Counted from the first letter of the stretch, positions 1 to 8,623 are shown. The stretch: DNA of 64,000 bases from a candidate division FCPU426 bacterium (GCA_963840035.1 CAWIXE010000002.1:1344001-1408000); one strand, 5' to 3'. Numbers and translations are program-made. Notes: generated by a model not told the origin, from the sequence alone.

Positions 1-440
1 AAATTCCTCTTTTGTTCCTTATACATTTTATTATAATGCTCATCCGTGGATTCGCGTTTTGTTTTAATGGCGCTGTCCACCTTTTCAGCCACATCTTTCA
101 TGTCAAAAGGCTTGATGATGTATTCGACAACACCGTTCCTTATGGCGTCAATGGCGTTTTGCAGTTCCGGGTAGGCTGTCATGAAAATAACAGGCACTTT
201 TTTATTATTTAATTTCAGGAGTTTAACAAGGGCTACGCCGTCCATTTTATCCATGCGTATGTCGGAAATAATCACATCAAAATCCTCTTTTTCAGCCAAA
301 AAAGCCGCGTCTGCGCCGTTTGACGCCTGCTTTACGAAGAAACCTTTTTTCTCAAAAAACATAATAAGCGCTTCCCTTATGGAATACTCGTCATCAACAA
401 CAAGTATCTTCTTTTGCGTGTCGGCGGCTGCTTCTTTCAT
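1..440 (-). CDS. Response regulator (receiver domain), partial; runs off window start
   Basis: Not in the ORF track; translated by hand from ATG at 440: MKEAAADTQKKILVVDDEYSIRE...FDVIISDIRMDKMDG...VIFMTAY...YIIKPF (DD, phospho-Asp, T and KP receiver motifs). GAGG SD upstream. Confidence 0.9.
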   Translation of the reverse strand, partial: MKEAAADTQKKILVVDDEYSIREALIMFFEKKGFFVKQASNGADAAFLAEKEDFDVIISDIRMDKMDGVALVKLLKLNNKKVPVIFMTAYPELQNAIDAIRNGVVEYIIKPFDMKDVAEKVDSAIKTKRESTDEHYNKMYKEQKRN

Positions 441-509
441 CAAAACCTCATCATGTGAGCCAGAAATAAGCCCGGATTTGCGGTGCACACTTTTATGCGG
501 CGCGCCTTA

Positions 510-761
510 TTAGTTTTCCGTATTTTTGTTGTACTTTTTTAGCAATTCAGAGTATTTCCCGAGCATTTCCTCGTACCTGTTAACTATGCTTAAATGAACG
601 TCCAGGAGTTTTCTGTCGCTGTGGTCCTGCAGCATGCTGCGGAAAAATTCCGATGTATTCTTACCTTCTTTGCGCGCCAGAAGTTCAGCCTGTTTTTTTT
701 CATCCCTGTTAACCCTGATCAGTATCTTTTTTTCCTTTTTCATTTTGCCTTTTTCTCTCAT
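510..761 (-). CDS. Ribbon-helix-helix (CopG/MobC-like) DNA-binding protein
   Basis: KKILIRVNRDEKKQAELLARKEGKNTSEFFRSML fits the RHH strand-helix-G-helix pattern. AGGGGAG SD favours ATG at 761 over the track start at 809. Confidence 0.65.
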   Translation of the reverse strand: MREKGKMKKEKKILIRVNRDEKKQAELLARKEGKNTSEFFRSMLQDHSDRKLLDVHLSIVNRYEEMLGKYSELLKKYNKNTEN

Positions 762-800
762 GTTTACACTCCCCTGTTTGTCATTGTAGGTCTTACTGTT

Positions 801-829
801 TTTATACACCCTTTATTTACAAAAGTCAA
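801..829 (-). promoter_or_regulatory. sigma70-type promoter for the RHH gene
   Basis: TTGACT-17 nt-TATAAA on the minus strand, overlapping the radical SAM stop codon. Confidence 0.55.
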
Positions 830-2214
830 TTTTTATTTGTTTTCTTTCTGGCGTTTATGCCGTTGACATACGCTTTCCTCACTCCCAGGTTCCACATAAG
901 CGCGATCACGGCCGTTGAAAAGGAGCGCGTCGACAAAAGCGTCCTGAAAAACCTCCCCCATACCGCCATAAGCGGCAGCGTCAGGACATTCTTAACCCCG
1001 TACACGATGTTGACAAGCTCTTCCTCTGAAAGGCTGTCATGGCTGTAGACAACATTCGAAAAATTATATTTCGACCAGTCTCCCGGATACGAGGCTTTTG
1101 TTATCCTCCCTTCAGATATAAGCCTGTCATACAGTTTTGTCCCGGGAAACGGCGTTAAGTGCGTCAGCTGAAATGCGTCCACTCCCATTTTATTTATGAA
1201 CTCCGGAAGTGTTTTTATTGTTTTCCGGCTGTCAAATGGGTATCCCACCATAAACGAACCCAGCACAGCGATACCGTGGCTGTGTATCCTGTTAATAAGC
1301 TCCTCATATCTTTTGAGAAGGTTAAGGTTGGTGCCCTTATTCATGGCCTTAAGGTTGTCCGGATCCACGCTTTCAAAACCCACAAGCATCATCCTGCATC
1401 CGCTTTTGTACATAGCTTTGAGTACTCTGTCATCCTCGCCTACATTTATGGAACACTGGCAGAACCAGTCTTTTTTTATGCCCTCTTTCACTATCCTCTC
1501 AAAAAGGTCCACTGCGCGCGCCTTTTGTTCCGCCGTGCGCCCCACAATGTTATCGTCATAGAAAAAAACATGTTTCTGTTTTACCTCTTTGAGCTCGCTG
1601 ATTATCTCATCTATCGGCCTGAGCCGGTATTTAAACCCGTTAAAAATGGTAACAGTACAGAAGTCACAATTCATGGGGCATCCTCTCGATGTTTGTACCG
1701 CGCCCCAAAAATATTTATCGCTGAAAATGCCGTTCGGGAAGGATCCTATTTTCACATCCTCGGCTTTTTTTTCCTGCCTGTATACCCTGCCCAGCGCGCC
1801 TGCCCTGGCATCTTCCAGCAGTTTTTCCCAGACTCCTTCCGCTTCGCCGACAACCACGCTGTCACAGTAACCCAGCGCCTCGTCCGGAAAAAAAGAAACA
1901 TGGATGCCGCCCATGACAACAGGAATCCCATCATCTTTAAGTTTTTCCGCTATCTCATAAGCGCGGGTTACTGTCGATGTAAAAGCAGTGATGCCGGCAA
2001 GGTCAATCTTTCCCGCGGACAAAATTTTTTCCTCGAAATTTTCAAAATTCTCGTCTATTACGACCACCTCAATGTCCGGCGGCGTAAGCTTTGCCAGGAC
2101 TCCCAGCGACATTGGCTTGCATTTCGTAAACGAAGTGGTAGCCAGCCCGCGCTGCGCGTTTACCGGGTTTACAAGCAGAATCCTTTTTAATTTATCCATT
2201 GGCCGCGCCGTCAT
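826..2214 (-). CDS. Cobalamin-binding radical SAM protein
   Basis: N-terminal B12-binding domain (VVMGGIHVS...VVVGEAE), TSRGCPMNCDFC CxxxCxxC motif, FFYDDN, VGFES, TPFPGT. Confidence 0.9.
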   Translation of the reverse strand: MTARPMDKLKRILLVNPVNAQRGLATTSFTKCKPMSLGVLAKLTPPDIEVVVIDENFENFEEKILSAGKIDLAGITAFTSTVTRAYEIAEKLKDDGIPVVMGGIHVSFFPDEALGYCDSVVVGEAEGVWEKLLEDARAGALGRVYRQEKKAEDVKIGSFPNGIFSDKYFWGAVQTSRGCPMNCDFCTVTIFNGFKYRLRPIDEIISELKEVKQKHVFFYDDNIVGRTAEQKARAVDLFERIVKEGIKKDWFCQCSINVGEDDRVLKAMYKSGCRMMLVGFESVDPDNLKAMNKGTNLNLLKRYEELINRIHSHGIAVLGSFMVGYPFDSRKTIKTLPEFINKMGVDAFQLTHLTPFPGTKLYDRLISEGRITKASYPGDWSKYNFSNVVYSHDSLSEEELVNIVYGVKNVLTLPLMAVWGRFFRTLLSTRSFSTAVIALMWNLGVRKAYVNGINARKKTNKN

Positions 2215-4310
2215 TCATTCTGCGCCGGAAATAAAACCGTAAAAACACATCCTCCGGCCGGCAAATTTTCCGCTCTGATAAACCCATTATGCGCCTCCAG
2301 TATGTTTTTTGATATCGCCAGTCCCAGCCCCGTGCCGTCAGCTTTTGTGGAAAAGAACGGTTCGTATATTTTTTCAAGCACAACAGGATCTATCCCCTGC
2401 CCGTGGTCTCGCACCCCGACAAAAACGTATTTTTTTCCGAACAACACCTCCGTGCCGGATGAGAATTCGATGTCGCCTCCGTCCGGCATTGCCTGTACCG
2501 CATTCATAATTATATTCAGCAGCACCTGTTTTACCTGCTCTTCGTCTATTTTTACGCGCGGTATTGTTTCCATTTTATTTGTAACGCGTATTTTCCTGTC
2601 CCTGAAAGTGAGTTTCATAAACTCCGCCACATTATCCATGGTTTTAATCAGGTCCGCATCCTTAAGTTTTATCGCCGCCGAATGGCTGAGCGCAAGCAGG
2701 TTATTGGTGAGTTTTTCAAGCCTTTTAAATTCGTCCGGAGCAATCTCCAGGAATTTATCTATGGCAGCCGTATTGCTTCTGTCATCCTTTGCCATCTGCA
2801 GGAAACCGCTCAAACCGGTTATGGGGTTCCTTATTTCATGCGCCACGGTGGCCGACATTTGCCCAAGCATGGCAAGCCTTTCGGAGTGCATCAGCTGTTC
2901 ATAAAGAAGTATGTTCTCAATCACAACTGTCGCCTGGGACGCTATATTTTCTATCCAGTGTATCTCCTCCCTGCGGAAGGTGGATTTGTTAAGTTTCTCG
3001 CCTATTATCCAGACCCCTTTTAACTCGCCGTTTAAATGCAGCGGAACGCACAGCTCCGCGTCATATTTTTTCAGCGTGAAGAGGACCTCATTTACATCGA
3101 TGTCCATATACTCGTTTTTCGGGGCGAAATAATATGCAACATCGTCCTCGATTTTTTTATAATAAACGGTTTCTTTTCTGTCCTTAAAATACCTGATTAA
3201 CGGATGCTTTTCCGGCAGGCAGGACCCGTCGCGCGTCCAGTCAGGATAAGGAAGGAAACACGTTTTTTCCGCGTTCCAGAAAAATATGACCGAATTTTTC
3301 AGTTTGAGGACCCTCACTATATATTCGGTTATCTTTTCAAAAAGCGGGGCATAATTCTTTACAAACCTGATCTTAAGCAGTATCTGCTGGAGCAGCACCT
3401 GATAGTCATAGTGCGATATAAAAAAGGCCTTCCTTGTCACCCTGTCGAGCATTTTCAGCGTCGGGTCCATGCCGAGCGTGACAAAAAGCGTTATTATGAA
3501 AAAGGCGAAGACCTTATACGGCATGCCTTCCAGCTTCGTAAAAATCAGCTCATTTGCCATGACATATATTATAACGACCAGCCACGCGTTAAACGCGTAC
3601 ATTAGTGTCTTCTGGAGCAGCTCCCTGATATTAAGGAGGTTATATGTAAGTATCGAATAAGTAATGAGGGTAAAAAATACAAGGACGCCGATTCCGGCCA
3701 TCGGAAAGATATTAAAACCGAAGATGTTTAGGATGTTCGTGATCCCGCCCAGAAAACCCATGGCAGTTCCCAGGGCCAGGTACTGTATCTGTTTTTTCTC
3801 CTGCGCAAGGATGCCCCTGGAAAGATATTTCCTGATCAGCATATAATTGCCCAACACGACGCAGGAAATCAGTATGAATACAAATATCATGTATATTATA
3901 TCCGGCTGTGCGACAAAGCCAAGCCTGCCTTTCTGAATCATGCCCTTAAAGCCTATGCCCGACACGTTCATAACGCCCGCGAAAAGAGCCAGCCCGAGAA
4001 GCGCCTTTTCAGCCAGTATTAATCTCCCCGAATACTTTGTAAGCAGCCTCACAAAAAGCAGCATCGCCACAGGCAGGAGCAGTATGGCCGGCCTGATAAT
4101 CCTTGAGACCATGTTTGCCTCTTCCATGCTGTGCGCGATGCGCAGCAGGTAAAGGTCAAGCTGCCAGAGGGCCACAAGCAGGTAAAAAAATGCGGCCGCG
4201 AGGTTCAGCTTGCTCCCTCTCTCTTTAAGCGCCGTTACAACCGCCAGTACAAATACTCCCACGCACGAAATTATTACCTGTGCCTGATACGCGTCAAAAC
4301 CCTGGTTCAT
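2211..4310 (-). CDS. Sensor histidine kinase with N-terminal multi-TM (HisKA_7TM-like) region, GAF-like domain, HisKA and HATPase
   Basis: About 8-9 hydrophobic helices; LCVPL..GELKGVWIIGEK GAF segment; H-box VAHEIRNP; N-box NIIMNAVQA; G boxes DHGQGI, FFSTK, GTGLGL. Confidence 0.9.
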   Translation of the reverse strand: MNQGFDAYQAQVIISCVGVFVLAVVTALKERGSKLNLAAAFFYLLVALWQLDLYLLRIAHSMEEANMVSRIIRPAILLLPVAMLLFVRLLTKYSGRLILAEKALLGLALFAGVMNVSGIGFKGMIQKGRLGFVAQPDIIYMIFVFILISCVVLGNYMLIRKYLSRGILAQEKKQIQYLALGTAMGFLGGITNILNIFGFNIFPMAGIGVLVFFTLITYSILTYNLLNIRELLQKTLMYAFNAWLVVIIYVMANELIFTKLEGMPYKVFAFFIITLFVTLGMDPTLKMLDRVTRKAFFISHYDYQVLLQQILLKIRFVKNYAPLFEKITEYIVRVLKLKNSVIFFWNAEKTCFLPYPDWTRDGSCLPEKHPLIRYFKDRKETVYYKKIEDDVAYYFAPKNEYMDIDVNEVLFTLKKYDAELCVPLHLNGELKGVWIIGEKLNKSTFRREEIHWIENIASQATVVIENILLYEQLMHSERLAMLGQMSATVAHEIRNPITGLSGFLQMAKDDRSNTAAIDKFLEIAPDEFKRLEKLTNNLLALSHSAAIKLKDADLIKTMDNVAEFMKLTFRDRKIRVTNKMETIPRVKIDEEQVKQVLLNIIMNAVQAMPDGGDIEFSSGTEVLFGKKYVFVGVRDHGQGIDPVVLEKIYEPFFSTKADGTGLGLAISKNILEAHNGFIRAENLPAGGCVFTVLFPAQNE

Positions 4311-4311
4311 T

Positions 4312-5049
4312 TCAGCCCTTTCCTTTTTTTAGCGCGATGAAGTCGTCAAAACCCCTGTACATTGTCTTATGAGCCAGGAGCCTGTAGCCGTTTTTTTTCA
4401 GCAACTGAATTATATCAGAAACCGGCGTAACCCCGTACATTTTTCTGTGGACCCTCGATATCAGCAGGTTAATGATACCCACCCTGAAGAGCCTCATAAA
4501 ATTTAAAGCAAGCCCGAGGACGCCATTTTCTTTTATTTCCATTGCGAACAGGCTCCCCACAAGCACAGGCCTGTTATGCGATATTACAAGCATCCCGCCG
4601 GGCTTTAACACCCGGTCAAACTCCATGACAGTCCGTTTTTTATCATCCAGCATAAAAAGCGCGTGAATGCTCGCAACCGAGTCAAATGAGCAGCTTTGAT
4701 AAGGAAGCCTGCGGTTTAGATCCCCCTCCATTATATCAGCCAGCCTTTTCAAGTCAGGTTTCTTAGATAATTTTTTGCGGAAACGGCCGAGCATGGCGCG
4801 GGAAATATCAAGGCAATTTAAGGTATGCCCTTTTTCAAGAAGCCTCATCGAAAGCTCTCCTGTCCCGCATCCGGCGTCAAATATCCGTTTTATTCCCCTG
4901 CCCGGAGCGGTCCATCGCACAGCTTCATCGATTACTTCCCTGTATGGCTTATAATAACGCGCGAGGTCGTCATAAGCTCCCGCATAAAGCCGCCACATCG
5001 CGTCTTCAAATTTACCGGTTAATTCCCCGCCAGCCATCAGTGCCTCCAT
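4312..5049 (-). CDS. Class I SAM-dependent methyltransferase
   Basis: IFDAGCGTG motif I, LDIS, SFDSV, RVLKPGG. Confidence 0.9.
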   Translation of the reverse strand: MEALMAGGELTGKFEDAMWRLYAGAYDDLARYYKPYREVIDEAVRWTAPGRGIKRIFDAGCGTGELSMRLLEKGHTLNCLDISRAMLGRFRKKLSKKPDLKRLADIMEGDLNRRLPYQSCSFDSVASIHALFMLDDKKRTVMEFDRVLKPGGMLVISHNRPVLVGSLFAMEIKENGVLGLALNFMRLFRVGIINLLISRVHRKMYGVTPVSDIIQLLKKNGYRLLAHKTMYRGFDDFIALKKGKG

Positions 5050-5065
5050 ATCAAAAACCGTTTTT

Positions 5066-6310
5066 TTAGAATACTCTCAGAATAAGGCTGGCGTTGTTTC
5101 CGCCAAAACCAAAGGAATTTATCAGGGCTACGGATATTTTTTTCCTTATTGACTCATTTGGCACGTAGTCCAGGTCGCAATCCGGGTCTTCCACTTCATA
5201 ATTAATGGTCGGCGGTATGTATCCGTTAAATCCGGCGAGGAGCGTGGCCGCTGTCTGGAACCCTCCCGAAACCCCCAGTGGATGTCCAACCATGGATTTT
5301 ATCGAAGAAATTTTTATTTTCTCCGAATGCCCGTTAAAGACCTTCTTTATGGCCCTGGTCTCCCTGATGTCGGATACAAGCGACGAACTTCCGTGCGCGC
5401 TTATATAATCGACTTCGTCATAGGCAATCCCCGCGTCCCTTACAGCTTCCGCTATGGTCCTGGCCGCTTCCCCGCCTGTATCGTCCATCTTATACATCGA
5501 CAACGCTTCCGAAGTATTACCGTAACCGATTACTTCGGCATAAATCTTCGCGTTCCTTTTTTTTGCCGAATCAAGGTTTTCCATCATGAACATGGCCGCG
5601 CCTTCGCTTAATATATAGCCATCCCTGTTTTTATCAAAAGGCCTGCTTGCCTTGCCGGGATCCTCATTTCTTTTAGATAGTGACCTTGAAGCGCAAAATG
5701 CGCCTATGATCGAAGGAGTAATAGGAGCCTCCGCGCCGCCGCATAATACCATATCCCTTTTCCCATATTTAATAAGTTCGTAAGTGTGGCCCAGTGCGTT
5801 AAGCGTCGATGAACACCCTGTGGAAATTGTAGTAGCCCGTCCTTTTATTCCCATTTCCACTGACAATAACGCTGCTGCCGCATTTGGCAAAGCGCCTAAA
5901 ACTGTAAAAGGGCTCATCCTTCCTGGCCCTTTTTCATGGAGAATCCTTATCTGCTCCTCAATTATCTCAAGGGCGTTTATACTTACACCTACGACAATAT
6001 CAGCAGAAGAAAGACAATCGCTTTTTACAGCAAGTCCGGAGTCTTTTACCGCTTCCTTCGCGGCGCAAACAGCCAGCTGCGAAAATCTCGGCAGCCTTTT
6101 GACTTCGCCTTTCGCGAAGTGGTCTTCGGGGTTAAAATTTTTAACCTCGCCCGCTATGGTGGATGAAAATCCGGCGGTATCAAATGCGGTTATCTGGCCG
6201 ACCCCGCTTTTCCCGTTTACAAGGGAACGCCAAAATTCCTCCTTGCAATTGCCGTTAGGAGCAATAATCCCGAAGCCTGTAATGACTGCCCGATTATTAG
6301 TATAGCTTAT
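5066..6310 (-). CDS. Beta-ketoacyl-ACP synthase II family (FabF/KS-alpha-like) condensing enzyme; probable ATA start
   Basis: The frame stays open upstream of the track start (5917) with the FabF N-terminus RAVITGFGIIAPNG...FW..L..GKSG. Cys (STGCSS), His (SAHGSS) and His (KSMVGH) triad, NSFGFGG. 414 aa from ATA at 6310. Confidence 0.85.
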   Translation of the reverse strand: MSYTNNRAVITGFGIIAPNGNCKEEFWRSLVNGKSGVGQITAFDTAGFSSTIAGEVKNFNPEDHFAKGEVKRLPRFSQLAVCAAKEAVKDSGLAVKSDCLSSADIVVGVSINALEIIEEQIRILHEKGPGRMSPFTVLGALPNAAAALLSVEMGIKGRATTISTGCSSTLNALGHTYELIKYGKRDMVLCGGAEAPITPSIIGAFCASRSLSKRNEDPGKASRPFDKNRDGYILSEGAAMFMMENLDSAKKRNAKIYAEVIGYGNTSEALSMYKMDDTGGEAARTIAEAVRDAGIAYDEVDYISAHGSSSLVSDIRETRAIKKVFNGHSEKIKISSIKSMVGHPLGVSGGFQTAATLLAGFNGYIPPTINYEVEDPDCDLDYVPNESIRKKISVALINSFGFGGNNASLILRVF

Positions 6311-6318
6311 GAGACATC

Positions 6319-6361
6319 CCTCCTTTCTCTTTCATTATATCTTTTCGCATTTCCGTGTCAA
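6319..6361 (-). promoter_or_regulatory. Consensus sigma70 promoter and SD of the ketosynthase operon
   Basis: TTGACA-16 nt-TATAAT (6361-6334), then AAGGAGG (6325-6319). Confidence 0.75.
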
Positions 6362-6444
6362 GAATAAATACCACATTGTCTATACAACAGCACATACAAT
6401 ATTTTTACAGAAAAATGAAAAGTATTTTCTTCTTCGCGGTTTTT

Positions 6445-7842
6445 TTAGTTAATCGAGACTTTCAGTATCTTTTTAGTTCCGGCGCCGACTAACACACGAT
6501 CATCAACCCTGCCGGATACCCATATAATATTATTTTTGTCGGCGATAATTGTCAGCGGTTTTTTCATCCCTTTTCCCGACGCGAATTTCTTCAATTTAAC
6601 TTCATGCTTCATGCCGAACGGAATGAACCTGTCGCCGTTTTTCTTATCCCTGAAAATAACCGGAAATAAAATCTTTTCAGCGTCAAAATAGGCGCAGGAC
6701 TGGTCTTTCAGGTCAATATCCGCGGAATTATCAATCACTTCGAGGCAATAACGCGCCCCGTTAAATTCAACCGCAACACCCGGCTTATACACCCTTACCG
6801 GAGCGTTTTTCTTCTGCCTAATTGGTTTTTTTACCACGACAAAAGCGCCGTCCTGTTCACACACAAATCCCTCGGGCAGCGACGCCTTCCCTCCATTCAA
6901 AAGACAATTCTCCACATCCGTTACAGCTCGTGAAGCCGCCATCCTTACATGGATAAAAATCATTTCAAGCGCGGATTTTATCACCCGCAGACGAAGCGCG
7001 CGGTGCATGGACTTAAGTTTTTTTACGTTAAACTTTACCGTATTGCCCGCCACGTCAGTTACCCGCGGAAAAACCGACTGCGCGGCAGAACCCATGAATT
7101 CATTTTCCTCGGCGAGAATACCGGCCGTAGATGATAGCGCGTCCTTAAACGAATTGTTATATTCCTTCTCTATCTGGGGTATAAGCCGGTTCCGGAGCCT
7201 GTTTCTCATATATATATCCCTGCTGTTTGTTTTATCGATAACAAACGGCACCTCTTCCGCCTTAAGATATTCCAAAATATCTTTTTTCAAAACATCGATA
7301 AGCGGCCTTACAATCATAATCTTATTGTGGAACCGCTCCTTTATCCCGAACTCGCCGCTGTTGACAATCCTGGAAGAAGGAATCCCGGAGAGCCCCGCCC
7401 CGCCCGACCCGGATATCATACGGAACAGCACCGTTTCCGCGTTGTCATCCTTATTATGTGCAAGCGCTATCTTTCCCGCTTTTAAACGCAGCGCGTTCTC
7501 AATAAAAAATTTATACCGCTCATCCCTCGCCACTTTTTCAATCCCGCCTTTTCTTTCGGCCGCGAGTTTTTTTATGTCCTTCTCGCCGTAAATAAAAGGC
7601 ACCCCGTAAAGCGCGGCCATTTTTCTTACGAATTCCGCGTCAATCGAAGAGTCTTTGCCGCGGAGCATATGGTTAAAATGCGCGGCATAAATGGTGAGTT
7701 TGTACTGGTATTTTATAAGGTTTAAAAGATGGAATAAAGCCGTGGAATCAGGCCCGCCTGAAACGCCCACTAAAACAGCGTCGCCTTTGGAAATATATTT
7801 ATGGAATGTTTTGGTGAAAGAAGAAACGAGGTTGTTTTTCAT
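6445..7842 (-). CDS. tilS: tRNA(Ile)-lysidine synthetase
   Basis: VGVSGGPDS, HFNHMLRG, ARDERY, AHNKDDNAET, RPL, RNRLR. ATG at 7842 preferred to the track TTG at 7890. Confidence 0.95.
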   Translation of the reverse strand: MKNNLVSSFTKTFHKYISKGDAVLVGVSGGPDSTALFHLLNLIKYQYKLTIYAAHFNHMLRGKDSSIDAEFVRKMAALYGVPFIYGEKDIKKLAAERKGGIEKVARDERYKFFIENALRLKAGKIALAHNKDDNAETVLFRMISGSGGAGLSGIPSSRIVNSGEFGIKERFHNKIMIVRPLIDVLKKDILEYLKAEEVPFVIDKTNSRDIYMRNRLRNRLIPQIEKEYNNSFKDALSSTAGILAEENEFMGSAAQSVFPRVTDVAGNTVKFNVKKLKSMHRALRLRVIKSALEMIFIHVRMAASRAVTDVENCLLNGGKASLPEGFVCEQDGAFVVVKKPIRQKKNAPVRVYKPGVAVEFNGARYCLEVIDNSADIDLKDQSCAYFDAEKILFPVIFRDKKNGDRFIPFGMKHEVKLKKFASGKGMKKPLTIIADKNNIIWVSGRVDDRVLVGAGTKKILKVSIN

Positions 7843-7897
7843 TAAGTTCCCATCTTCTGAATATGCGTCTTTACTGGATATCGCTACCAAATTTTTT

Positions 7898-7975
7898 TGG
7901 TAGCGGCGGAGGGAGTCGAACCCCCGACACTACGGGTATGAACCGTATGCTCTAAACCAACTGAGCTACGCCGCC
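7898..7975 (-). tRNA. tRNA-Met (CAT), elongator type
   Basis: GGCGGCGTAGCTCAGTTGGTTTAGAGCATACGG-TTCATAC-CCGTAGTGTCGGGGGTTCGACTCCCTCCGCCGCTACCA; cloverleaf with encoded CCA. Confidence 0.95.
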
Positions 7976-8447
7976 ACTAAAAATTTTTATAATGCCAAAT
8001 TTACTCAGGCTCAGTTCGTCGCCTTAAGGCGACGGTAACTGAGCTCAAATGTTGCGCGAGCCTTCAGGCGAGCGCTCGAAAATCAAAGGTTTACCTTCAT
8101 CTCATTTTGCCGGTTACTACCGGCACGCCGCCACTAAAAATTTTTATAATGCCAAATTTACTCAGGCTCAGTTCGTCGCCTTAAGGCGACGGTAACTGAG
8201 CTCAAATGTTGCGCGAGCCTTCAGGCGAGCGCTCGAAAATCAAAGGTTTACCTTCATCTCATTTTGCCGGTTACTACCGGCACGCCGCCACTAAAAATTT
8301 TTATAATGCCAAATTTACTCAGGCTCAGTTCGTCGCCTTAAGGCGACGGTAACTGAGCTAAAATGTTGTGTTCGCCTCAAGGCGAACACTCGAAGATCAA
8401 AGGTCCACCTTCATCTCATTTTGCCGGCTACTGCCGGCACGACGCCA
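7968..8447 (-). repeat. Three tandem 157-bp multi-hairpin repeats upstream of tRNA-Met
   Basis: ACGCCGCCA recurs at 7968, 8125, 8282 and (variant) 8439. Units 1 and 2 are identical; unit 3 has diverged. Confidence 0.95.
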
Positions 8448-8465
8448 CAACGTTGGCCCCGTTTT

Positions 8466-8560
8466 ACCGTGGCCAGTAGTCGGCCACAACCGACACTGCC
8501 ACAGCGCTGGCTCCACCGTGGCCAGTAGTCGGCTACTGCCGACACTGCCACTGCGCTGGC
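8466..8560. repeat. Two 49-bp-period bulged hairpin repeats (REP-like, contain GTAG)
   Basis: ACCGTGGCCAGTAGTCGGC....CCGACACTGCCAC at 8466 and 8515. Confidence 0.8.
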
Positions 8561-8594
8561 CTCGTTCCATACGCTGCTCCATTAAGACCATAAC

Positions 8595-8623
8595 TTTATA
8601 ACAAAAACCCAGTTTTTATGCAA
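8595..8623 (-). promoter_or_regulatory. sigma70-type promoter for the repeat leader - tRNA-Met - tilS unit
   Basis: TTGCAT-17 nt-TATAAA on the minus strand. Confidence 0.6.

Noticed and set aside
510..761. Plasmid/ICE mobilisation gene or toxin-antitoxin antitoxin
   Set aside because: No relaxase, oriT-like context or toxin gene is adjacent; the neighbour is a response regulator.
826..6310. Complete type II PKS cluster
   Set aside because: No chain-length factor, ACP or cyclase is visible in the window.
7898..7975. tRNA-Ile2 (TilS substrate), suggested by adjacency to tilS
   Set aside because: The GGCGGCG acceptor and TACGG-TTCATAC-CCGTA anticodon arm resemble elongator tRNA-Met; an isotype-specific covariance model would settle it.
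7968..8447. CRISPR array or prophage att-site duplication at tRNA-Met
   Set aside because: No unique spacers and no integrase; the duplicated tRNA piece is the 5' end upstream, not the 3' end typical of att sites.
8368..8601. Short ORFs 8368-8601 (+) and 8397-8591 (-)
   Set aside because: They lie over GC-rich hairpin repeats, with no recognisable protein features.
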